Of a stretch of DNA of 64,000 bases, positions 56,176 through 64,000 are shown in pieces; the stretch's first letter is position 1; each line of letters opens with the position of its first letter. The notes under the pieces were generated by a model. That model was not told the DNA's origin. It saw nothing but the letters and a program-made list of their open reading frames with translations, and ran no database searches. A program made the position numbers and the translations under genes. The DNA is taken from positions 516 to 64,515 of the forward strand of contig JBFYZH010000017.1 in the NCBI GenBank assembly GCA_041309605.1, given 5' to 3'. Source of the DNA: Candidatus Krumholzibacteriota bacterium (GTDB lineage: Bacteria; Krumholzibacteriota; Krumholzibacteriia; Krumholzibacteriales; Krumholzibacteriaceae).

Positions 56176-57497
56176 ACGGACTGTCCTTTCCCGGGCCTGC
56201 CTCTTTTCGACAGAACCCGGTTGAAGATAAAATCGATCCTCGACAGGTGGGTATCCAGGTCGAAGGCTTCCCCGAGTTCGGCTTCCGTGCACAAGTCCGT
56301 GAATCGGGGATCCGAAGCAAGCGTCTCCCTGAAGCTCTTCTTCGATCCCATGCTTGCCATGGCCGCCTGCTGCACGATGGCGTAGGAATCCTCGCGCGAA
56401 AGCCCCTTTTCTACGAGAAGCAGCAGAAGATGCTGCGAGAAGACCAGGCCGCCGGTCATTTCGAGATTTTTTTTCATCATCTGTTTATTGACCCTAAGGT
56501 TCTCCACGACCCATGTGAATTTTTCCAGCATGTACGCCAGTATCATCGTCGAATCAGGCAGTATGACCCTCTCGACAGAGGAATGGCTGATATCCCTCTC
56601 GTGCCACAGCGCGACATTTTCCATCGCGGCGAGAGAATTGCCCCTGAGCAGCCGCGCCATCCCCGATATCCTCTCGGTGAGGATCGGGTTGCGCTTGTGG
56701 GGCATCGCGCTCGATCCCTTCTGTCCCTTCGTGAAAGGTTCCTCCACCTCGCCCACCTCGGTACGCTGCAGCCCTCTTATCTCCGTCGCCATCTTCTCGA
56801 GGGAAGCTCCTATGATCGCGAAAGCCGCGAGGTAGTCCGCGTGCCTGTCACGCTGAATGATCTGCGTGGTGACCGGCGCGACTTTCAATCCCAGTTTCCG
56901 CATCACGTACCGTTCGACTCTCGGATCGGTATGGGACATCGTCCCGACAGCTCCGGACATCTGCCCGACCGATATCTCCTCGATCACCCTTTCGAGCCTC
57001 GCGATGTTCCTCCCGGTCTCCGCATACCAGACCAGAAGCTTCAGCCCGAAGGTCGTCGGTTCGGCGTGTATCCCGTGGCTTCTTCCCGCCATGGGTGTAT
57101 TTTTATACCTCAACGCCTGTCTCCTGAGCACGGTTCTCAGCCTCTTCAGCTTCCCGAGGTTGACCATCCCCGCCTCTCTCATCTGGCAGGCAAGGGCCGT
57201 GTCGAGAAGATCGGAACTGGTCATTCCCATGTGGAGGAATCGCCCCGGTTCGCCTATGTGCTCCGACATGTTCGTGAGGAATGCGATGACGTCGTGCCTT
57301 GTCTTTTTTTCAATCCGGAGCACGCTGTCGATATTATAACCGGCCCGCCTGCGTATCTCCTTTGCGGCTTTCTTCGGTATGAGGCCCGCCCCGGCCATAC
57401 CCTCGCAGTAGAGGACCTCTATCTCGAGCCACAGATCGTATTTTTTCTCGTCAGACCATATCCGGGCAACTTCCGGAAGTGAATAACGCGGTATCAA
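56169..57497 (-). CDS. purB: adenylosuccinate lyase
   Basis: MIPRYSLPEVARIWSDEKKYDLWLEIE...GMTSSDLLDT...GSSAMPHKRNP. Confidence 0.9.
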   Translation of the reverse strand: MIPRYSLPEVARIWSDEKKYDLWLEIEVLYCEGMAGAGLIPKKAAKEIRRRAGYNIDSVLRIEKKTRHDVIAFLTNMSEHIGEPGRFLHMGMTSSDLLDTALACQMREAGMVNLGKLKRLRTVLRRQALRYKNTPMAGRSHGIHAEPTTFGLKLLVWYAETGRNIARLERVIEEISVGQMSGAVGTMSHTDPRVERYVMRKLGLKVAPVTTQIIQRDRHADYLAAFAIIGASLEKMATEIRGLQRTEVGEVEEPFTKGQKGSSAMPHKRNPILTERISGMARLLRGNSLAAMENVALWHERDISHSSVERVILPDSTMILAYMLEKFTWVVENLRVNKQMMKKNLEMTGGLVFSQHLLLLLVEKGLSREDSYAIVQQAAMASMGSKKSFRETLASDPRFTDLCTEAELGEAFDLDTHLSRIDFIFNRVLSKRGRPGKGQSVC

Positions 57498-57539
57498 CTA
57501 CTGTCTCCTTCCATGATCGGTCCTGGAACCACACCGGGA

Positions 57540-58700
57540 CTACGCCCTCGCCTGGGCCTCCACGAGTTTGAGCTTCACGGCGAAGGTCCTCCCGCTGCGC
57601 CACAGGACGATGTCCAGCGAATCGCCGACCTGCAGCCCGAATATGGCCCTCTCCGCCTGCGCGGCGTCGAGGATCGTCTTTCCGTTGATCTCGATGATCA
57701 CGTCGCCGACCTCGATACCCGCCTCTTCGCCGGGGCCTCCCTGTTCGAGTTGCGTGACTATAAGGCCCGTGTTGAAAGGTATCCCCAGTTGTTTTACCAC
57801 TTCAGGGGTCATCTCCCTGACGACAAGGCCCGTCCACACGCTCCTGAACTTGCCGAATTTCCTGAGTTCGTCGACCACCATCCTCGCGGTGTTTGCAGGT
57901 ATGGCAAAACCCATTCCGATATTGCTGCTTCCGCCGCTGGAGGAGAAGATGAACGTATTTATTCCGATGACCATCCCTTCCGCCGAAACAAGCGGCCCGC
58001 CGCTGTTTCCCGGATTGATTACCGCGTCCGTCTGGATCATATTCTTGAATATCTGTATCGATCTGGCTCCCTGCTTGACATCCCTGTGCAGGGCGCTGAT
58101 CACACCCGCCGTAACGGTCGGCTGGTTGTCGTTGAAGAGATACGTGAATGGGCTTCCGATGGCTATGACCGGTTCGCCGATCTCCAGGTTGTCCGAATCA
58201 CCGAGCGGAGCGTAGGGCAACCTTCCGCTCGCGATCTTCAGCAGGGCGAGGTCGAATTCCGGAGTGGATCCGACCAGAACCGCCAGAACCTCCGTGCTGT
58301 CCTTCATCGTGACATAGATCTCTTCGGCGTTGCGTATCACGTGTTCGTTCGTGAGAATATATCCGTCGGGATTCACGATGATCCCGGAACCATAGCTCGG
58401 ATAGCGCTGCCTCGTGACACCCGGTCTTCTGCCCCAGAATTGCTGAAACCATTCGTCCCAGACCTGGTCCGCGACGACCAGCTGGGTCCTGTACGCCGTC
58501 ACAGACACGACCGCCGGCGCCACCCTGCTTCTGGCGGCCACGATGGCTTCCCCGCTGTATATACCGGTCCCGCCCGTGATGATATTCCCCGTGGATTCGG
58601 GCAGAAAGGAATTCACCCTCGATATCCTTGATAGAAGCGTAATCGATATTATCAGCATGGCGAGTGAAAGGCCGAACATCACCCCGACGACGGCCGGCAT
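57540..58700 (-). CDS. membrane-anchored trypsin-like serine protease (DegP/HtrA S1C family) with PDZ domain
   Basis: TNEHV (His), DLALLKI (Asp), GNSGGPL (Ser), plus a C-terminal PDZ domain. Start chosen at the Met before the hydrophobic anchor. Confidence 0.75.
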   Translation of the reverse strand: MPAVVGVMFGLSLAMLIISITLLSRISRVNSFLPESTGNIITGGTGIYSGEAIVAARSRVAPAVVSVTAYRTQLVVADQVWDEWFQQFWGRRPGVTRQRYPSYGSGIIVNPDGYILTNEHVIRNAEEIYVTMKDSTEVLAVLVGSTPEFDLALLKIASGRLPYAPLGDSDNLEIGEPVIAIGSPFTYLFNDNQPTVTAGVISALHRDVKQGARSIQIFKNMIQTDAVINPGNSGGPLVSAEGMVIGINTFIFSSSGGSSNIGMGFAIPANTARMVVDELRKFGKFRSVWTGLVVREMTPEVVKQLGIPFNTGLIVTQLEQGGPGEEAGIEVGDVIIEINGKTILDAAQAERAIFGLQVGDSLDIVLWRSGRTFAVKLKLVEAQARA

Positions 58701-58761
58701 CACTCTTGACCATCTGGATTCAAAAGGCCTCAATCCCGGATCACCTTCCTCAGTGCGCCTT

Positions 58762-59406
58762 TTACTTCTCCACCTTCTCCCAGTCGGCAAGGAAGTTCTT
58801 GATTCCGATATCGGTGAGCGGATGTTTTGCGAGTTGAGCGATCACCTTGAACGGTATGGTCGCGACGTCCGCGCCGAGAAGAGCCGATTCGTACACATGC
58901 TGAACGCTCCGTATGCTCGCGACGATGATTTCCGTGGCGAAAGCGTAATTGCCGTAGATCGTCACGAGGTCGGCGACCAGGTCCATTCCGGGCTGTCCGA
59001 CATCATCGAGTCTGCCGACGAACGGGCTCACATATGTGGCGCCCGCCTTGGCTACCAGCAGCCCCTGGTTTGCGGAGAAACAGAGCGTTGCATTCGTCTG
59101 AATCCCTTCAGCCTTGAACATCCCGATGGCTTTTATCCCTTCGGTCACGCACGGAACCTTGATGATTATGTTATCCGCTATCCTGCAGAGATCTTTCCCC
59201 TCTTTCACCATGCCACCGGCTTCGAGAGAAACAACTTCCGCGCTGACCGGGCCGTCCACGATCGAGCATATTTCCTTCAGAGTCTCCCTGAACGATCCTT
59301 TTTCTTTGGAAAGCAATGTCGGGTTTGTAGTTACACCATCCAGAAGCCCGAGCTGAGCCGCCTCTCTAATCTCTGCGACATTCGCCGTATCAATAAAGAA
59401 TTTCAC
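58762..59406 (-). CDS. fructose-6-phosphate aldolase / transaldolase-like (class I aldolase, TalC/FSA type)
   Basis: [13 protein letters not shown]...GVTTNPTL...IKVPCVTEG (Schiff-base Lys context). Confidence 0.75.
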   Translation of the reverse strand: MKFFIDTANVAEIREAAQLGLLDGVTTNPTLLSKEKGSFRETLKEICSIVDGPVSAEVVSLEAGGMVKEGKDLCRIADNIIIKVPCVTEGIKAIGMFKAEGIQTNATLCFSANQGLLVAKAGATYVSPFVGRLDDVGQPGMDLVADLVTIYGNYAFATEIIVASIRSVQHVYESALLGADVATIPFKVIAQLAKHPLTDIGIKNFLADWEKVEK

Positions 59407-59591
59407 GATTTCCTCCCGGTCTTTAAACTAGGCGCCCGTTTCCTCGCGATACCGATCGCGATCCTTAAAAGAAACAAATATTATACATATATCAACACCG
59501 GCTAACAACCTATTTCGCTAAAAATCCGATATCCCTCGATCGACGATCCGCCTTTAGAGCTGTTACGCATACCGAATAACGGAAATAGCTG

Positions 59592-60356
59592 TCAATAGCC
59601 GACTTTCATGAAATAGAGCGCGTACGGGGGCAGTGTAGGCCCGGCGGCCGCCCGGTTTTTGGACTCGATCACCCGCCGGATGTCTATATCCCGGCCCTTT
59701 CCCGCCTGGAGAACGGTCCCGGCTATGTTCCTCACCATGTTATAGAGGAAATGGTCGGCCGTGACAGACATGGTAACCAGAGGATATGACGTATAAATGC
59801 CGGTCCCCGTTATCCTGCACATTGTTCCGGTGTCGTCGCCGGAATTCTCGAAAGAGGCGAAATCCCTTTCCCCCTCCAGTTCTTTCAGAACGCGTCGCAT
59901 GGCATCGGTATCGAGACCGCCCTTCACGTAATAATAATATCTTTTCCACAGGGCGGTCTGCCTGAGGATAAAGATATAGTTGTAAGTCCGGCTGACGGCG
60001 TCGAAACGGGCGCTGAAGGACAACGGAACATCCTCCACGCTTTTGACCACTATGTCGCGGGGCAGTTTCGCGTTCAGGGCGCGCAGGATCACTTCCGTAC
60101 CATGACACGTATCGATCTTCACGCTTGCCACCTGGCCCACCGCATGGACTCCTGCGTCGGTCCTGCCCGCTCCGGTTATCCTTGTCTGTCCCGCCTTGAA
60201 TTCTCCGAAGATCCGGTACAATTCCCCCTGGACGGTCCTGCAGCCGGGCTGGACCTGCCATCCGTGGAAATCAGTTCCATCGTACTCCAAAGTCAGTTTG
60301 AGATTCCTCATGGCCGGATAATAGCAAAACGCGACATTTAATCCAAGGGCCCTCAT
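59592..60356 (-). CDS. truA: tRNA pseudouridine(38-40) synthase
   Basis: LKLTLEYDGTDFHGWQVQ...GAGRTDAGVHAVGQV (catalytic Asp). The start is uncertain; the ORF extends to 60383. Confidence 0.8.
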   Translation of the reverse strand: MRALGLNVAFCYYPAMRNLKLTLEYDGTDFHGWQVQPGCRTVQGELYRIFGEFKAGQTRITGAGRTDAGVHAVGQVASVKIDTCHGTEVILRALNAKLPRDIVVKSVEDVPLSFSARFDAVSRTYNYIFILRQTALWKRYYYYVKGGLDTDAMRRVLKELEGERDFASFENSGDDTGTMCRITGTGIYTSYPLVTMSVTADHFLYNMVRNIAGTVLQAGKGRDIDIRRVIESKNRAAAGPTLPPYALYFMKVGY

Positions 60357-60808
60357 CTGCGAAGGCCCCGTATGATTACTCATTTCAGGCGTTCAGAACG
60401 GCACGCGTGGAAAGATCCATACTTCGCCGGAAACAACACGGCACGCATATCCCGGCGGCTCCGGCCGCCGATGTTCCAGTGGAACATTCCTTGCTGCTAC
60501 GACAATCGGAACAATAAAGTATGTCTCATATCTAAAGTCCCGTTACCAGTCAACCAGGAAAATTCAAAGTCCGGCAGGCGGCATGTTCCGTGGACGGCAA
60601 CGAACACGGAATGCCGACGGCAGGGCAGATACACAACCCGGCCGGGTTCATGGCAGAGGGGGAAGGGCGTTTGCGCGCCCTCCGGGGCCAGCCATGGAGC
60701 AGCCGGCGGGGGTACTCGCACCGGGCAGAGTGTCGGACGGGTCACCGGCCGTAAAGCCGGCGGCCCGCCCCTCGCCACACACCGCGGGCGTCGCCAAGGA
60801 GCAGCAAA

Positions 60809-62194
60809 ATGAGGAACACGATATCCTGTTTTACCGCTTTCATAATGATCGCCGCCGTGTTTCCAGGCACGGCATGGCCGGGAGAACGTACGGCACCGCT
60901 GGTAATCGATCACACGTGCACGGACCTTTCGAAAATTCCGGGCCTTGTGATAGACGAAATCCAGCAGAACGGTAAATGGCACTTCGCAAGGATGTCCCAT
61001 GGCAGGCAGATCAACGACGGCCTGCAGTTGATCGAGGACGCCCGCCCCGAGTACGGCGTGATCTGGCCGAAGAGCGGCGGAGAACTTCTTTTCGAGGAAG
61101 GCTCGTTCAGTATATATACGAGTTCGGCCGGGCCGTACGATTACTGGCAGGGCGCCGGTATCGACAAGACCAGGACCGTTCTGGACGGAACTCCGGAACT
61201 CAACGTTTCCGGCTACTGCTGGTGCACGGAGCTCAATACGGCGACGGAAAGTTATGTCGACTCGTACCTCGCGGCGATGAACATCCTTGAAGCGGAATAC
61301 CCGGACGTCACGTTCGTCTACTTCACGGGAACGGCCGAGAACGACGGCGGCTACGGCTATAACAGGCACCTGCGCAACGAAAAGATCCGCGGGTACTGCG
61401 TCGAAAACAACAAGATCCTCTACGATTTCGCCGACATAGACAGCTGGTGGCTTAATCCCTCCAATGGACTGTGGGAACACTCCACCTATGAATATAACGG
61501 AACGACTGTCGAGGTCGAGCATCCTGAACTCGCGGGAGCCGATATAGACCACACATCCTACGACAATTGCGAACTCAAGGGAAAAGCGGCCTGGTGGCTC
61601 ATGGCCGAGATACAGGGGTGGCACGGCACGCTCGACGTGGCGTTCACTTCCTTCCATGCCGAATACAGGGAAGGATCCGTATCCCTCTCATGGGATATCG
61701 ACGCGATCGACGATTGCGCCGGATTCAACGTCTACCGGTCCGATGATGCGGGATCCCATTTCATAAGGATCAATCAATCTCTTCTGCCGGCCGGGGGAAG
61801 ACGCTTTTACCGGGACAGGGATATCCTGCCGGGCAGGACCTTAATCTACAGGATCGGCGCGGTATCGGGCGAAAGAGAAATCACCTCGTTCGAACTAAAG
61901 GTAATCGCGGTAAACGTGATGGATTTTAACCTTACGAACTATCCCAATCCCTGCAATCCCTACACAACGATCAGCTTCGTTCTCGATCGCCCTTCCAGGG
62001 TGCGGCTTGACGTATTCGACGCCGCCGGCAGGAGGGTATCGACACTGGCAAACGGCCGGTTCGAAAGCGGGCTACATTCCATTGCGTGGGACGGTTCGAA
62101 CGACAAGGGCGAAAGTGTAAATTCGGGCGTCTACTTCTACCGCCTTGACGCCGGCAAGGAATCCCGGACTAATAAACTGCTGCTGCTGAGATAA
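60809..62194 (+). CDS. secreted protein of unknown function with T9SS C-terminal sorting domain
   Basis: Signal peptide MRNTISCFTAFIMIAAVFPGTAWP. C-terminus NYPNPCNPYTTISFVLDRPSRVRLDVFDAAGRRVSTLANGRFESGLHSIAWDGSNDKGESVNSGVYFYRLDAGKESRTNKLLLLR, a near-textbook T9SS CTD. Confidence 0.6.
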   Translation: MRNTISCFTAFIMIAAVFPGTAWPGERTAPLVIDHTCTDLSKIPGLVIDEIQQNGKWHFARMSHGRQINDGLQLIEDARPEYGVIWPKSGGELLFEEGSFSIYTSSAGPYDYWQGAGIDKTRTVLDGTPELNVSGYCWCTELNTATESYVDSYLAAMNILEAEYPDVTFVYFTGTAENDGGYGYNRHLRNEKIRGYCVENNKILYDFADIDSWWLNPSNGLWEHSTYEYNGTTVEVEHPELAGADIDHTSYDNCELKGKAAWWLMAEIQGWHGTLDVAFTSFHAEYREGSVSLSWDIDAIDDCAGFNVYRSDDAGSHFIRINQSLLPAGGRRFYRDRDILPGRTLIYRIGAVSGEREITSFELKVIAVNVMDFNLTNYPNPCNPYTTISFVLDRPSRVRLDVFDAAGRRVSTLANGRFESGLHSIAWDGSNDKGESVNSGVYFYRLDAGKESRTNKLLLLR

Positions 62195-62418
62195 ACAAGG
62201 GATCCGCCGCCGGTTCAAGGAAGCACGGTAGCTTCAGGGAGGGGCCGCGCTGGACGGACGTGGAAAACGGATCGAAGCGTAAACAGACGAGACTGACACC
62301 TTCGAACCGCCCCGCGAACGCCCGGCGCGGCCCCCGGTTTTACCGGCCTCCCGGGCACGGCCTGTTCAGTCCGATCCGTCCTTGTGTTCACAAATCCCGC
62401 CGGGGCAGCAAAAGCGCC

Positions 62419-64000
62419 TCAGTACGGCAGGTTCGTTTCGAGCGAGTCCGCTTCCCAGCGTTGCAGCCTGAACTGATCGGGCCTCAGCTCGATCACGTTT
62501 TTCAGCCATTCTTCGCCGTACCCTTCCTCCTCCGCCCTGCCGGGTTCCACCTGGATGTACCCGTCGTTGTATTTTCTGATCAAATCTTCGGCCAGTTCCC
62601 TGTATCGCCTGACCACCCTGTTTGACGCGTTCCACGAATAATCATCGAGATAACCCTGGACGAGCGCGGAATCCGTCTTGAAAAGCTCTTTTGCCGTCTT
62701 CTCTATGACGGGCTGCATCAAGCTCAGGTTGTCCTCGAGTTCTTTCTGTACGGCCTGGATGTCCTTCGTCATGAGGGAAAACCTGAGGTTCGCGTAGTTG
62801 GCGACGAAATTGAAGACCCACCATGCCGAATCCCAGCTGAACTTTGCCATATCGCCCCGCGCGAAGACATCGGGGATTCTTCGGGACCCGGCGTAAATGG
62901 GCACGTACACCGTAAAATAAGTGTCGTCGACCCCGTACCAGAGCACGCCTCCAATCGCGTCGGGCAGATCCCTTCTCGATTGAGAGACGAACGAGAATCC
63001 CGTCTGCTGGGTCGAGATCGGCCTTTCCCAGGTGTAGTCCGCGCCGTCCATCGTCCAGTTCATCGGGCGCCACCTGTTCGGAGTGCCGAACGGTCCAGCG
63101 TCGACTCCGCGCGTCATATCGTATTCCGTACCCTCGTAATGATCACGCATGAGCGCGAAGACGTCCTCGCGGGTCAACCTGGCGTCCGGCTTGATCCAGA
63201 GCGGATACGATTCGGCCCCCTTGACCCCCCTGTGGTAGCTCGGAGAAAACTCCCGTGAAGGCGCCGCCCGTCTGAATATGCTCCAGACACGGGTTTCGCA
63301 GTAGCGGAGTTTCTGCGGGGTGGCCGGGCAATAAGCTTCGTGAAAGCTGAAAGGTTTTCCCGAAGCCGGATCGTAGTAGCCCTTCCCGACGGCGAAGTCG
63401 ATCACGTCCTTCGAATAGAGGCAGTTCCTGCCGTCATCGAGCGGAAACTCGCCGATACGGGCCTTGTTGGCGTGAACGCATATATACCCGTCGGGGACCC
63501 TTAGGGCCACCCAGTTCGCGCCCTTGACGCCCGGTCCCTTGCCAATCATCTCCATTATCCACGCTTCATCGGGATCTCCTATGTAAAATGACTCGCCCGA
63601 ACTGGCGTAACCGTACTCCTCGACAAGAGCGCCCATCACCTCGACGGCTTCCCTCGCAGTCTTCGCCCGCTGGAGAGCCAGCCTGTTCAGCCACCAGTAA
63701 TGCAGAAGCCCCTCCTCGTTGATGAGTTCCTCCCTGCCGGTGGTTGTCGTCTCCGCGATGACGACCTGGCGTTCGTTCATAAGGCCGACCACGGCGTACG
63801 TGCGGGCGGGCTGTTTCACCCTTCCGGTCACATTTCCGTCCCAATCCTTCAATTCGAAAAAATCATCGGGGCCGTGGTCTTCGGCAGGCATCAGCCGCAG
63901 GATCGGGTGAAACTCGCCGTCGCATGTGTACGTGATCATGACTGAACCGTCGGCCGAGGCCCCTCTTGTAACGAGAAGATTCGTGCAGGCGGATGTACCC
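62419..64000 (-). CDS. C69-family dipeptidase, 5'-partial (start beyond window end)
   Basis: The frame remains open upstream of the listed Met to the window edge and reads ...GTSACTNLLVTRGASADGSVMITYTCDG. This matches the C69 N-terminus with the nucleophile Cys (ACTtilvgkdASaDGS). Confidence 0.65.
   Translation of the reverse strand, partial: GTSACTNLLVTRGASADGSVMITYTCDGEFHPILRLMPAEDHGPDDFFELKDWDGNVTGRVKQPARTYAVVGLMNERQVVIAETTTTGREELINEEGLLHYWWLNRLALQRAKTAREAVEVMGALVEEYGYASSGESFYIGDPDEAWIMEMIGKGPGVKGANWVALRVPDGYICVHANKARIGEFPLDDGRNCLYSKDVIDFAVGKGYYDPASGKPFSFHEAYCPATPQKLRYCETRVWSIFRRAAPSREFSPSYHRGVKGAESYPLWIKPDARLTREDVFALMRDHYEGTEYDMTRGVDAGPFGTPNRWRPMNWTMDGADYTWERPISTQQTGFSFVSQSRRDLPDAIGGVLWYGVDDTYFTVYVPIYAGSRRIPDVFARGDMAKFSWDSAWWVFNFVANYANLRFSLMTKDIQAVQKELEDNLSLMQPVIEKTAKELFKTDSALVQGYLDDYSWNASNRVVRRYRELAEDLIRKYNDGYIQVEPGRAEEEGYGEEWLKNVIELRPDQFRLQRWEADSLETNLPY

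Noticed and set aside
60497-61657. 386-aa minus-strand ORF antisense to the T9SS cargo gene
   Set aside because: Arg/Val/Pro-rich composition with no signal or domain hints. The plus-strand gene has a signal peptide and a textbook T9SS CTD.

Overview
This 64 kb window is a GC-rich bacterial chromosomal segment (roughly 55-60% GC by eye), and almost every gene is on the minus strand. The gene content points to a didermic FCB-superphylum-type organism with a type IX secretion system (T9SS): a PorY-PorX two-component pair, two proteins ending in a canonical T9SS C-terminal sorting domain, and a giant LptD.

Read in the minus-strand transcription direction, the mostly housekeeping content is:
- purB-purL-purQ-purS(tandem)-purF
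- tldD, a 923-aa radical SAM fusion protein, and rng
- pyrR (with a leader attenuator)-pyrB-pyrC-[TPR lipoprotein]-pyrK-pyrD-pyrF
- a sugar-nucleotide and polysaccharide block (gmd/rmd, ugd, rfbB, wecB, a flippase, wecA-like)
- hemC-serS-porY-porX-tsaE-tsaB-rimI-pnp, accD-folC, a ROK kinase, lptD and HU

The 5' end of the window (about 1-9 kb) is an accessory-looking block of uncharacterised genes:
- a DUF4388 protein and a PAS/HisKA kinase-like protein
- an outer-membrane-like protein and two zinc-ribbon proteins, behind a low-GC palindromic intergenic island
- an M6-type metalloprotease carrying a T9SS sorting domain
- an unknown 283-aa protein
- a lipoprotein-like gene in which a catalytically degenerate 5'-nucleotidase-like domain is fused to a tetraheme cytochrome c and interrupted by an in-frame TGA

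A three-repeat acidic secreted protein (33963..35198) is one of only two plus-strand genes inside a 60 kb minus-strand run (the other is the T9SS cargo gene at 60809..62194). No rRNA, tRNA, CRISPR array, transposase or integrase was recognised by eye. All calls rest on reading the ORF translations and on motif recall, not on database searches.
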